From Mobula hypostoma (lineage: Eukaryota): a stretch of DNA of 64,000 nt. Position 1 is the stretch's first letter. Every line of letters begins with the position of its first letter. Shown here piece after piece: positions 26,491 through 39,684 of this stretch. The stretch spans positions 216,878,001 through 216,942,000 of the forward strand of contig NC_086097.1 in assembly GCF_963921235.1 (NCBI RefSeq), given 5' to 3'. The position numbers and the translations under genes were made by a program. The notes under the pieces are model-generated. The model searched no databases. It was not told where the DNA came from and saw nothing but the letters and a program-made list of their open reading frames with translations.

Positions 26491-27990
26491 GGACAGGACA
26501 GGTAGAGGAGACAGATGGTTTTCATGATTAACTCATTGTGGTGCACAGACATGGCAGTTCTGTCTCAGTCCTGCTCACCCAATTTGGAACATCTAGTGGT
26601 CAAGGGTCGTCCATTTTGTCCGCTGAGGGAGTCTACTCCTGGCCAACGTCAGGCAGGCACTGGAGGTGCTGAACACCATAATCAGCCGTCACGAAATAGC
26701 GCATCTCAATCATTGCAAGGGATTTCAACCATGCCAGATTGAAGTCTCTGACCAACTACCACCAACATACCACCTACAGAGCCAGAGGCGCCAACACACA
26801 TGACCACTGTTGCACCACTTTCAAGAATGCTTACCATGCCATCCTACGCCCAGACTTTGGAAAAGTCTAAGTAAGGACCAGATCCCACTAAACTTTGCCT
26901 ACCACCACAATAGGTCTACAGTGGATGCAGTTTCACTGGCTCTCAGTTAGGCCTTACACCACCTGGACAATAGTAGTACTTATCTCGGGCTGCTATTTAT
27001 TGACCACAGCTCAATATTCAACACAATCACAGTTCTAATCAAAAGACTCCAGAACCCGAGCTTCTGTACATCCCTCTGCATCTGGATTATTGACTTCCTA
27101 ACCTGGAGACCACAGTCTGTACAGATCAGAAATAGCATCTCCTCCTCGCTGACAATCAACACTGGTGTACCTCAAGGATGTGTGCTTAGCCTGTCACGGT
27201 CCCAACCGTTAATTCCCCATTTTCTCCTAATTCCCTTTGATGGTGGTACACCTGGTTCTCATCATGACCTGTAGCATAAAAACCCCGGCTTTGCATCTAC
27301 TCCTTGCCAGATCGTTGTTCAGCCAGTGTGGTAATTAAAGTTCCCGGCTGCTTAGGATTGTGTATTCTAAGTTTTACTTCAGTACCGAGGTTTACCTGTG
27401 TAACTCCATCTCTCCGTGTCAAGAAAAGTATTGTCTACCGCTTGCCTTTCTACACGCCGTGTCAAGATAAGGGTTGCCCGCCGCCTGCCTTTCTGTTTGC
27501 CGTTCAACTCCAGCAACGCTTCGTGTCAGGTTCCAGCCAAGCTCACGCCCTCATCTGCATCCTAACCCTATCTCCGTGCCAGTGCCCTGCGTTTGGGTTC
27601 ACCCCGTTCCTTGCAACATAGCCCACTCTCTACTCTCTCTCGAACCACAACTATGTGGCTGGGCACAGCTAAAATGGCATTTATAAATTTGCAAATGACA
27701 CAACTGATGTTGGCAGGATTTCAGGTGGTGGTGAAGAGGTGTACAGGACCGAGATAGATCAGCTGGTTGAGTGGTGTCGCAGCAGCAATATTTTACTCAA
27801 CGTCAGTAAGACCAAGGAATTGATTGTGGACATCAGGAAAGGGAAGCTGAGAAACACATACCAGTTCACATCAAGGGATCAGCAATGGAAAGGGTGAGCA
27901 GTTTTAAGTTTCTGGGCGTCAACATCTCTGAAGCTCTATCCTGGGCCCAACATGTTGATGCAATTCGAAAGAAGGCAGTGGACAGGTGAG
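26490..27990 (+). mobile_element. Rex1/Babar-like LINE remnant split by a solo LTR
   Basis: LLFIDHSSIFNTI and TINTGVPQGCVL(S)PL...KFANDTT RT motifs. The PQGCVLSP motif is interrupted at 27192. Confidence 0.75.
27192..27618 (+). mobile_element. Solo LTR (427 bp)
   Basis: TGTCAC...GCAACA termini with a perfect 5-bp TSD TAGCC (27187-27191, 27619-27623). TATA-like CATAAAAA at ~27275 and ATTAAA at ~27334. Confidence 0.88.
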
Positions 27991-28012
27991 GAAAGATGGC
28001 ATCAGTGGATTT

Positions 28013-28940
28013 TATAGAACATAGAATATAGAACATAGAATAGTACAGCACAGTACAGGCCCTTCAGCCCACAATGTTGTGCCGACCCTCAAACCCTGCC
28101 TCCCATATAAGCCCCCACCTTAGATTCCTCCATATACCTGTCTAGTAGTCTCTTAAACTTCACTAGTGTATCTGCCTCCACCACTGACTCAGGCAGTGCA
28201 TTCCACGCACCAACCACTCTCTGAGTAAAAAACCTTCCTCTAATATCCCCCTTGAAATTCCCACCCCTTACCTTAAAGCCATGTTCTCTTGTATTGAGCA
28301 GTGATGCCCTGAGGAAGAGGCGCTGACTATCCACTCTATCTATTCCTCTTATTATCTTGTACACCTCTATCATGTCTCCTCTCATCCTCCTTCTCTCCAA
28401 AGAGTAAAGCCCTAGCTCCCTTAATCTCTGATCATAATGCATACTTTCTAAACCAGGCAGCATCCTGGTAAATCTCCTCTGTACCCTTTCCAATGCTTCC
28501 ACATCCTTCCTATAGTGAGGTGACCAGAACTGGACACAGTACTCCAAATGTGGCCTAACCAGAGTTTTATAGAGCTGCATCATTACATCGTGACTCTTAA
28601 ACTCTATCCCTCGACTTATGAAAGCTAACACCCCATAAGCTTTCTTAACTACCCTATCCACCTGTGAGGCAACTTTCAGGGATCTGTGGACATGTACCGC
28701 GAGATCCCTCCGCTCCACCACACTACCAAGTATCCTGCCATTTACTTTGTACTCTGCCTTGGAGTTTGTCCTTCCAAAATGAACCACCTCACACTTCTCT
28801 GGGTTGAACTCCATCTACCACTTCTCAGCCCACTTCTGCATCCTATCAATGTCTCTCTGCAACCTTTGACAATCCTCTACCCTATCTACAACACCACCAA
28901 CCTTTGTGTCGTCTGCAAACTTGCCAACCCACCCTTCTAC
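28013..28940 (-). mobile_element. 5'-truncated CR1 LINE
   Basis: 241-aa ORF 28089-28814 (RT C-terminus), FADDTK upstream, and (ATAGAAC)n tail. Confidence 0.93.
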
Positions 28941-30511
28941 CCAAGGCGACATCTTCCAGTTCATCCACGAAACAGATTATTTTTCTTCTCTTATGTCTTT
29001 CTCCCCTTTTCAAGGTGGTAGTGGTTCTGTCGAGGTCCGTGATCTACAATTCAGACTATGGTTCTTCACAAGCAGCCCTTACTTTGGATTGTCTGTGCAG
29101 CCTAGCACTTTGCTATCTCTAGGAATGGCCTGGAAGCTGTGTGCCCTCAGGGAGAGGGAGAGGGAGAGGGACTGACTGACTATCAGTTCTCGAGACAGGG
29201 CCTTGGAGAAACGATGTGGATAATTGTAATATCGGAACAGCGAGTTGCTGATCTTCACTCCTGTTGAAGGAGTGACCTCTCTCTCCCGTGCTGAAGAGAG
29301 GTAGCCTGTCTGAGATGCCAAAGTGCTGGTTTATGAACTGTAGTTTGATGGACTCTGGTGCTTCTGCTGCTTCTCACATGGCGGCGGGGGGGGGGGAGGG
29401 GTGGTCTTTGCTTCTGCTAGCACAGGTGGGGGTGGGTGGTCAGTGCTTTTGCTGCTAATTGTGCGAAGGCAGGGGGTTTTCAGGCCTTCGATGTTTCTAT
29501 CATTCTATGGGGTTTCTTTGTTTCGTGGGTGTCTGTGAAGAGGACGAATTTCAGGTTATATCCTGTGTACATACTCTGCTGTTAAATATAGTTTGAAACA
29601 TTGAAGGCATGACAGTGGCTACATTTCATTAGGAGTTTGAGGTGAATTGGTACATCACCAGATAAGCTTGCAAGTTCCTACATACGTACCGTGGAGATCA
29701 TTTTAACTGGTTGTACCACCATCTGGTTATGGAGGGACCACTGCACAGGATCAGAAAAGGCTGCAGAAAGTTGTAAACAGCCAGTTCCATCATGGGCTCT
29801 GGCCTACCTAGCATCTAGAACACCTTCAAAGGCGATGCCTTAAAAAAGTCCGCTTGCATCACCAGGGATCCCAATCACCTAATCCATGCCCTCTTCTCTT
29901 TGCCACCATCAAAGAGGAGGCCCAGGAGCCACAGCCTCAACATTTCAGGAATAGCTTCGTCCCCACTGCCATCAAATTGCTGAATGGACAATGAAACTGT
30001 GAATACTTCCTGAGTATTTTTCCCCCTCCCTACCATTACAGGGCATACCAAAAGGTACCAATAAAGGGCCAGTAAAATCAGGAATGCTCCCTCACACCCT
30101 GCTCATGGACTGTTTGTCCCACTCCCATCAGGGAGGAGGCTACGTAGCATCCATGCGAGGACCACTGGACTCAAAAACAGTTACTTTCCCCAAGCAGTGA
30201 GAATGATCAACACCTCCATTCACTAACCCATCCCTCCACAACCCCAACCACACAACCATTACTTTATCATTTCCTGCCAGTCTACTTATGTACAGACACT
30301 GCTGTGCTGAATGTCACTCTATGAACATATCATTCAATGTGTATAAGCTATCTGATGTGTTTACATATATTGTGTTTTCTTTATTATTGTGTTCTTTATC
30401 TTATTGTGAGTTTTTTAGTGCAGCATTGAATCCAGAATTTCAATTATTTTGTTCTCCTTTACGCTTGTGCACTGGAGGTGACATTAAACAATCTTGAATC
30501 TGTATATCCAG

Positions 30512-30670
30512 TCACAAACAAGAGAAAATCTGCAGATGTTGAAAATCCAAGCGACACATGCAAAATGCTGGAGGAACTCAGCAGGCCAGGCAGCATCTAT
30601 GGAAAAGAGTACAGTCGACGTTGCCTGGCCTGCTGAGTTCCTCTGGCATTTTGCATATGTTGCTTGAATC
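30512..30670. mobile_element. Penelope-like palindrome with central deletion
   Basis: Left arm runs to ...CAGTCGACGTT and is joined directly to GCCTGGCCTGCTGAGTTCCTC. Confidence 0.65.
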
Positions 30671-31080
30671 TATATATATATTTTTACTGTAATTTATAGT
30701 TTTTTTATTATAATGTATTGCACTATACTGCTGCTGCAAAACGACAAATTTCATGACAGATGCTAGTGATATCAAATAGATTCTGATTCTTTGACCCTGC
30801 CTTCTAAATCCATCTCATACCCTGTTTATACCTTCCTGATTTCACTCTTAAACCTGGTTTTAAACTTTTTATATTCCTCGAGAGATTCATTCATACCCAG
30901 CTACCTGAACTTGATGGACACTTCCACCTTTTTTCCTTCCTCGAGCCTCAATATCTCCTGTTAGCCAGGGTTACATCAACTTGGTATGTTTACCTTTCAT
31001 CTTAACAGGAACATGCTGTCCCTGGTCTCTGATAGGACTCTTTTAAAAGCCTCCCATTTGACAACCATTCACTTGCCTTT

Positions 31081-32055
31081 GGCTACGTCCACACTAGAGC
31101 AGATAAATCCATAACTGAAGCTTCTTCTCTTCGTTTTGACCCTCCATCCACACTGAAACGGCGTTTTCCTCCCCCGAAAACAGAGCTTTTCTAAAACACT
31201 CTCCAGAGTGTTTAAATCTGAAAACGCCGGTTAGCCGTTGTAGTGTGTACAGGGTAACCGGCTAATTTTAAAAACACTGTCATGACGAGCCGGAACAAAT
31301 GGTGGCAACAGCACGGCATTTCATTGTTTTCTTGAACGCAACCTTCAACACCACAACAATATCTGACAATAGATGTGTAACAGCCTAATGTAACTTTGTA
31401 TGGAAATACAAGATAACACTGATGCAGACATGTTTTATACATTTAAGAAGGTGCTTTATTAATGCATTGCTTGTGCAAACATTCAATAGATGCAATTGTC
31501 GCTTTTGCCCAGTAACTTGTTTTATTTCATATGTTAAATACAGCAAAATAATACACAAAGACATGGCAAGAGTAAAGGCAAACAAATGAGGTAACAGCAA
31601 ATTTCACTTTTGCCCAGTAACAAACCTTATTGCATTTAGTTGTAGCTGTCGTCCCTTTCATCAGTGAAGAGACTATGGCTGTAGGAAATGTTTCTGGACA
31701 AACGCGCACCAAGTCTTTCGTTTGGCAATTTCCTTTTACGTTTTTCTAGTCTGTAACTGGACAAACGTGCACCAAGTATACCGTTTCCTCTTCGCTTGTT
31801 TTCTGTGTGTCCTGCGCATGCCCAGTAGGAGGAGATTCGCCCAAATATCCGTTTTAATGTGGACGGAGGCATTTTCAAAAACGCCTGGTGTGGACACCTA
31901 TCGTTTTTACATGAAACCGGTGTTTTCAAAATTAAAACAACAGGAATTCTGCAGATGCCGGAAATTCAAGCAACACACATCAAAGTTGCTCATTCACCAG
32001 CAACTTTGATGTGTGTTGTTTTTTCAAAATTATCTGGTCTAGTGTGGACGTAGCC
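31081..32055. mobile_element. Non-autonomous PIF/Harbinger-type DNA transposon (MITE-like, 975 bp)
   Basis: 26-bp TIRs GGCTACGTCCACACTAGA(G/C)CAGATAA with one mismatch, a 3-bp TTT duplication on both sides, and no transposase ORF. Confidence 0.85.
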
Positions 32056-32339
32056 TTTAAACAATCACTCAGTCAGCTCCTCCTAGACCCTGCATAACAT
32101 CCTCAAATTTGTGCCTGGTCCAGTTCAAAATAAAGTTCCAAATTCAAAGCAAATTTATTATCAAAGTACGCATACCATATACAAGCTTGAGATTCCTTCC
32201 CTGCAGGTACTTACAGTAAAATAAAGAAGTACGATTGAATCCATGAAAAAAAACATACATAACAGGCTGTGTAATCAGTTCAGCATTGAGTCTGGTGTTT
32301 ATCAGGCAGCAACCATTCCTGAACCTGGTGACATGGGAC

Positions 32340-35300
32340 CCAAGATCATAAGATCATAAGATATAGGAGCAGAAGAATGCCATTTGGCCCATCGAGTCTG
32401 CTCTGCCATTCAATCATGGGCTGATCCAATTCTTCCAGACATCCCCACTCCACTCCCCTGCCTTCTCCCCATACCCTTTGATGCCCTGGCTAATCAAGAA
32501 CCTATCTATCTGTGCCTTAAATGCACCCAACGACTTGGCCTCCACAGCCGCTCGTGGCAACAAATTCCACAGATTTACCACCCTCTGACTAAAGTAATTT
32601 CTCTGCATCTCAGTTCTAAAAGGACATCCTTCAATCCTGAAGTCATGCCCTCTTGTCCTAGTCTCCCCGACCATGGGAAATAACTTTGCCATATCTAATC
32701 TATTCAGGCCTTTTAACATTCAGAATGTTTCCGTGAGATCACCCCTCTTTCTCCTGAACTCCAGGGTATACAGCCCAAGAGCTGCAGGATGTTCCTCATG
32801 CAGTAACCCTTTCATTCCTGGAATCATTCTCATGAATCTTCTCTGAACCCTCTCCAATGTCAGTATATCCTTTCTAAAATAAGGAGCCCTAAACTGCTCA
32901 CCATACTACAAGTGTGGACTCACGAGTGCATTACAGGGCCTTAACATCACACCCCTGCTCTTGTATTCTATACCTCTAGAAATGATTGCCAACATTACAT
33001 TCGTCTTCTTCACCAATGACTCAAAACCTTCTGGGTATCCTGCACAAGGACTCCCAAGTCCCTTTGCATCTCTGGATTTTTAATTCTCTTTATCTGAATA
33101 GTAGTCTGCCCATTTATTTCTTCCACCAAAATGCATGACCATACACTTTCCAACATTGTAATTCATTTGCCACTTCTTTGCCCATTCCCCTAAACTATCT
33201 AAGTCTCTCTGCAGGCTCTCTGTTTCCTCAACACTACCCACTCCTCCACCTATCTTTGTATCATCAGCAAATTTAGCCACAAATCCATTAATCCAATAGT
33301 CCAAATCATTGATGTACTGTACATCGTAAAAAGCAGCGGTCCCAACACCAACCCCTGTGGAACTCCACTGGTTACTGGCGGCCAGCCAGAATAGGATCCC
33401 TTTATTCCCATTCTCTGTTTTCTGCCGATCAGCCAATGCTCCACCCACACTAGTAACTTCCTTGTAATTCCATGGGCTCTTATCTTGCTAAGCAGCCTCA
33501 TGTGCAGCACCTTGTTAAAGGCATTCTGAAAATCTAAGTACACCACATCTACTGCATATCTTCTGTTTACTCTGCTTGTAATTTTCTCAAAAAATTGCAG
33601 TAGGTTAGTCAGGCAGGATTTTTCTTTCAGAAAACCATGCTAGCTTTGGCCTATCTTGTCATGTGCCTCCAGGTATTCCATAATCTCATCCCTAACAATC
33701 GATTCCAACAACTTCCCAACCACTGATGTCAGGCTAACAGGTCTATAGTTTCCTTTCTGCTGCCTCCCACCCTTCTTAAATAGTGGAGTAACATTTGCAA
33801 TTTTTCCAGTCATTTGGTACAATGCCAGAATCTATCAATTCAAGAAAGATCATTGTTAATGTCTCCGCAATCTCTTCAGCTACATCTTCAGAACCTGAGG
33901 GTGCATTCCATCAAGTCCAGGAGATTTATCCACCCTCAGACCATTAAGCTTCTTGAACACCTTCTCAGTCGTAATTTTCACTGCACAAACTTGACTTCCC
34001 TGACACTCATGAATGTCCGATATACTGCAGACATCTTCCACTGTGAATACTGATGCAAAATACACATTTAGTTCCTCTGTCATCTCTGTGTCTCTCACTA
34101 CCATATATCCAGCATCATCTTCTATTGGTCCTATATCTACCTTCAACTCTCTTTTACCCTTTATATTTTTAAAACAGCTTTTAGTATCTTCTTTGATATT
34201 AGTCACAAGCTTCCTTTCATAATTCATCTTTTCCTTCCTAATGGCCTTCTTAGTTTCCTTCTACAAGATTTTAAAAGCTCCCCAATCCTCTATCTTCCCA
34301 CTAGCTTTGGCTTCCTTGTACGCCCTCTCTTTTGCTTTTGCTTTTACTTTGGCTCTGACTTCACTTCTCAGCCACGGTAGTGTTCTTGTTCCATTCAAAG
34401 ATTTCTTCTTATTTGGAATATATCTGTCTTGCACTTCCCTCATTTTTCACAGAAACTCCTGCCATTGCTGCTCTGCTGTCCTTCCTGCTAGTGTCTCTTT
34501 CCAGTCAACCTTGGCCAGTTCCCCTCTCATCCTATTGTAATTTCCACTGTAATACTGACACATTGGAATTTAGTTTCTCCTTCTCAAATTTCTCGATGAT
34601 ATTGTGATCACTATTCCCCTTAGGGAATATTCTCCTTAACCTTAAACTCTCTTATCACCTCCGGATCATTGCACAACACTCAATCCAGCACAGCCGATCC
34701 CCTAGTGGGCTCAACAACAAGCTGTTCTAAAACGCCATCCCTTAGACATTCTACAAATTCTCTCTCGAGGTCCAGTACTGGGTTGGTCTTCACAATCCAC
34801 TTTCATTTTAAAATCTCTCACGATTATCATGACTTGCCCTTCTGACACTCTTTTTCTATCTCCTGCTGTAATTTGTAATCCACATCCCAGCTGCTATTTG
34901 GAGGCCTGTATACAACTGTCATTAGGTCCTTTTACCTTGCCATTTCTTAACTCAACCCATAGAGACTCTACGCCTTACAATCATATGACATCCCATATTA
35001 ATGATTTATATTATTTCTTATACACAGGGCCACACCACCTCTTCCGCCTACTAACCTACTTTCTGATACACCGTAGATATTTGGCAATGGCAGCCATCTT
35101 TTAGCCAAGTTTCAGAGATGGCCACAACGTCATATTTGCCAATCTGTAGCTGAATTTCAAGATCGTCCATTTTATTTCTTATGCTGCGTGCATTCAAATA
35201 CAACACTTCCAGTCCAGTATTTGTTGCTTTCTGTTTTAACTGCACCACGCCTCTATTGCCCTGTAACTCATCCCACTGGCTGTGATTATGCCTCATCTCC

Positions 35301-36140
35301 TGCCTGTCCTTTCTATCATCTCTGCTACACACTATTTTTGATTTATTTCTATTTTCTCCTTCCTCAGCCCTATCTCTGGTTCCCATCCCCCTGCCAAATT
35401 CGTTTAAACCCTCCCAAACAGCTCTATTAAACCTGCCTGCTAGGATATTGGACCCCTTTGGGTTCAGGTGTAACCTGTCCCTTTTATAGAGGTCGTATTT
35501 CCCCCAGAAGATGCCCCAATGATCCAGGAACCTGAAGCCCTGCCCCCTACATCAATCTCTCAGCCACACATTAATATGCCTGATCATGCTATTCTTGTGC
35601 TCGTTAGCGTGTGGCACAGGCAGCAATCCTGAGATTACTACCCTGGAGGTCCTGCTTTTCAACTTCCTACCCAACTCCCCGAATTCTCTTTTCGGGACCT
35701 CCTCCCTGTTTCTACCTATGTCACTGGTACCAACGTGTACCAAGACTTCTGGCTGTTCACCCTCTCCCTTCAAATTACTTTCCACCAGATCTGAGTCATC
35801 CCGTACCCTGGCATCTGGGAGGCAAAATACCATGCGGGTATCTCTGTCAGGCTGACTGAACCTCCTGTCTGTTCCCCGCACTATGGAATTCCCTATGACA
35901 ACTGCATTACTCATCTTCCTCTTTCTTTTCTGCACCATGGAACCAGGCTCAGTGCCAGAGACCCGATCATCATGGACATCCTCTATCAGGTCACCCCCGC
36001 CTCTACAGCATCCAAAACGAGATAACGATTACTGAGGGGGATGACCACAGGGGTGCTCTCTACTATCTGAGCTCCTCCCACCCCTTCCCTGACAGTCACC
36101 CACTTACCTAACTCCTGCAGCCTCGGGGTGACTAACTCCT
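32340..36140 (-). mobile_element. Near-full-length degenerate CR1 LINE
   Basis: (CATAAGAT)n tail, RT (FADDTK, GVPQG), endonuclease (YLNARSIRNK, VVAISETWL) and ORF1 esterase (VIGNSIVRG, PEVLVHVGTSD, RVVISGLLP). May be a composite of two subfamilies. Confidence 0.9.
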
Positions 36141-36602
36141 TGTAGAGACTCTTGTGTCTCCTACCGGATGGTTGAAGTGAGAAGAGAGGGAGACAGATCA
36201 ATTTCAGGCACAAATGGGGTATCTTTGCTGGCATGAGTAGTAGCTCTGAACACCAGGTCATTTCCCATTCTCAGGCCTCAATGCTTTAAGCTGACTTGAA
36301 GTCCACCCAAGCAGCTTTGATCTGTAGACCCGTTCTATCCTTTTCCATGAAGGTTTTACAATTAATAGAATTATGGTCACTGATCTTAGTTACTCTGCCT
36401 GCCTCATTCCTTCAGAGAAGGTACAGCATGGCTTCTTTTCAATTAGGTTTCTCTACATATTGCGTGAGAAATTTGTATCGGCTGCATGGCACAAATTCCA
36501 TCCCATCCAGGCCGTTTGCACTCTGGGTGCCCAGTCAATAATGGGAAAATTGAAATCCCCTACTGTCACTACCCTACTATTCTCACAACTACATGCAATT
36601 TC

Positions 36603-37105
36603 CATAAGACCATAAATTATAAGTTATAGAAGCAGAATTAGGCCATTTGTCCCACCGAGTCTGCTCTACCATTTCCTCATAGCTGATAAAAATTTTCCTC
36701 TCAGCCCTAATCTCCTGCCTTCTTCCTGTATCCCTTCATGCCCTGACCAATCAAGAATCTATCAACCTCTGCCTTAAATATGCACACAGACTTGGCCTCC
36801 ACAGCTGCCGGTGGCAAAGAGTTCCCCAAATTCAACGTTCTGCCGAACGAAATACCCCCTCATCTCCATTCTAAAAGGATGCCCCTCTATTTTGAGGCTG
36901 AGTCCTCTAGTCTTATAGTCTCCCACCATAGGAAGCATCGTCTCCACATCCACTCTAAAAAGGCCTTTCATCATTCGATTGGTTTTAATGAGGTTACCCC
37001 TCATTCTTCTGAATTCCAGTGAATACAGGCCCACAGCCTTCAAATGCTCTTCATATGACAAGCCATTTGATCCTGCAATCATGTTTGTGAACCCTCTCCA
37101 GTTTC
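36603..37105 (-). mobile_element. CR1 3' fragment
   Basis: GLSYEEHLKAVGLYSLEFRRMRG motif. Abuts a Penelope-like arm at ~37110-37215. Confidence 0.85.
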
Positions 37106-38020
37106 TAAGGTCTGCAGATGCTGGAAATCCGAGCAACACACACAAAATGCTGGAGGAACTCAGCAGGCCAGGAAGAGTACAGTTGATGTTTCGGGCCGAA
37201 ACCCTTTGGCAGGCCCTGTACACCCTGTACACCACTACCTCTGTCATGCCTAAAGCATTACTATCCCAGAACACTGAGCTGCCAATCCTGCCTCTTCTCT
37301 CAGCCACAGTTCTGTTATGGCCAGAATATCCAAGTCCCTAGAGGCAATCCATATCTTCAGTTTTCCACCTTATCTGTTAAGCTACATGCGTTGAAGTAAG
37401 TACCAATTTAAAACACTGGTTCCATCCATCCTTTTTACTGTAACCATGGTTATCTATTCTGTAAGACCAAAGGTTTACAGAATGGTTGCATCACATATCC
37501 TGTCTTCTCACTGACTTTGCTCTTGTGAGTCCCTCCTCTCTGTCAATCTAGTTTAAACCTCCCTGGGGACAAAAGTAGATTTTCTGTCTGGTTATTGATT
37601 CCTCTCTGGTTAAAGTGCAACCTGTTTTCTTGTCCAAATCATCTCTGCCCCAGAAGAGATCCCAAAGATCGAAGAACCTGAATCCCAGCCCCTGCACCAG
37701 ATCCTCAGCCACATATTCATCTGGTCTGTCTCTCTATTCCTGGGCTCACTCGCATGTGACATCAGGAATAATCCAGACATCACCATCCTTAAGGTCTTGC
37801 ATTCTGATTTCTTACTTGAACCATTATATTCATTCTGCAGGACCTCATTCTTTGTACTGTCAATGTCTTTTTTATTAACATACAATGGCCTCTGGTTCTC
37901 CTGCAAGAGAATTTTTTGCAACTGCTCCAAGATATCCTTGAATCTGGCAACTAGGAGGCAACACGCATCCTGGTTTCTCTTCTGCAACCACAGTGTCTCC
38001 AGTCTGCCCATCTCACTATT

Positions 38021-39575
38021 GAGTCTACAGTCAGTATCACCCTGTCTGGCTGTACTCTTCCCCTCTGAGTCTACAGTCAGTATCACCCTGTCTGACCGTA
38101 TTCTTCCCCTCTGAGTCTACAGTCAGTATCACCCTGTCTGACTGTACTCTTCCCCTCTGAGTCTACAGTCAGTATCACCCTGTCTGACCGTATTCTTCCC
38201 CTCTGAGTCTACAGTCAGTATCACCCTGTCTGACTGTACTCTTCCCCTCTGAGTCTACAGTCAGTATCACCCTGTCTGACCGTATTCTTCTCCTCTTGAG
38301 ACAACAGTCAGTATCACCCTGTCTGACTGTACTCTTCCCCTCTGAGTCAACAGTCAGTATCACCCTGTCTGACCGTATTCTTCCCCTCCTGAGTCAACAG
38401 TCAGTATCACCCTGTCTGACTGTACTCTTCCCCTCTGAGTCAACAGTCAGTATCACCCTGTCTGACTGTATTCTTCCCCTCAGAGTCTACAGTCAGTATC
38501 ACCCTGTCTGACTGTACTCTTCCCCTCTGAGTCAAGTCAGTATCACCCTGTCTGACTGTATTCTTCCCCTCTGAGTCTACAGTCAGTATCATCCTGTCTG
38601 ACCGTATTCTTCCCCTCCTGCGTCAACAGTCAGTATCACCCTGTCTGACTGTACTCTTCCCCTCTGAGTCTACAGTCAGTATCACCCTGTCTGACTGTAC
38701 TCTTCCCCTCTGTCTACAATCAGTATCACCCTGTCTGACTGTACTCTTCCCCTCTGAGTCTACAGTCAGTATCACCCTGTCTGACTGTACTCTTCCCCTC
38801 TGAGTCTACAGTCAGTATCACCCTGTATGACTGTACTCTTCCCCTCTGAGTCTACAGTCAGTATCACCCTGTCTGACTGTACTCTTCCCCTCTGTCTACA
38901 GTCAGTATCACCCTGTCTGACTGTACTCTTCCCCTCTGTCTACAATCAGTATCACCCTGTCTGACTGTACTCTTTCCCTCTGAATCTACAATCTGTGTCA
39001 CCCTGTGTGACTGTACTCTTTCCCTCTGATTCTACAATCAGTATCACCCTGTCTGACTGTACTCTTCCCCTCTGAGTCTACAGTCAGTATCACCCTGTCT
39101 GACTGTACTCTTCCCCTCTTAGTCTACAGTCAGTATCACCCTGTCTGACTGTACTCTTCCCCTCTGTCTACAGTCAGTATCACCCTGTCTGACTGTACTT
39201 TTCCCCTCTGTCTACAATCAGTATCACCCTGTCTGACTGTATTCTTTCCCTCTGAATCTACAATCTGTGTCACCCTGTGTGACTGTACTCTTTCCCTCTG
39301 ATTCTACAATCAGTATCACCCTGTCTGACTGTACTCTTCCCCTCTGAGTCTACAATCAGTATCACCCTGTCTGACTGTACTCTTCCCCTCTGAGTCTACA
39401 GTCAGTATCACCCTGTCTGACTGTACTCTTCCCCTCTGAGTCTACAGTCAGTATCACCCTGTCTGACTGTACTCTTCCCCTCTGAGTCCACAGTCAGTAT
39501 CACCCTGTCTGACTGTACTCTTCCCCTCTGAGTCTACAGTCAGTATCACCCTGTCTGACTGTACTCTTTCCCCCT
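38021..39575. repeat. 46-bp minisatellite, about 34 copies
   Basis: Unit GAGTCTACAGTCAGTATCACCCTGTCTGACTGTACTCTTCCCCTCT, with occasional 44-bp variants. Confidence 0.97.
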
Positions 39576-39684
39576 GATTCTCAGAGCTGGTTACAGTGCC
39601 AGAGACTTGATTCCTGCTGCTAGTCCCTGAACAAACATCCTCCTCAAGAGTATCCATACAGTTTTCTTGTTAGTGAGTGAATTA

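Noticed and set aside
29381..29440. G-run / G-quadruplex candidate
   Set aside because: Lies inside an interspersed repeat, and nothing suggests a locus-specific function.
38021..39575. CRISPR-like array (palindromic repeat units)
   Set aside because: Units are head-to-tail with no unique spacers, there are no cas genes, the context is eukaryotic, and the unit derives from CR1 ORF1.
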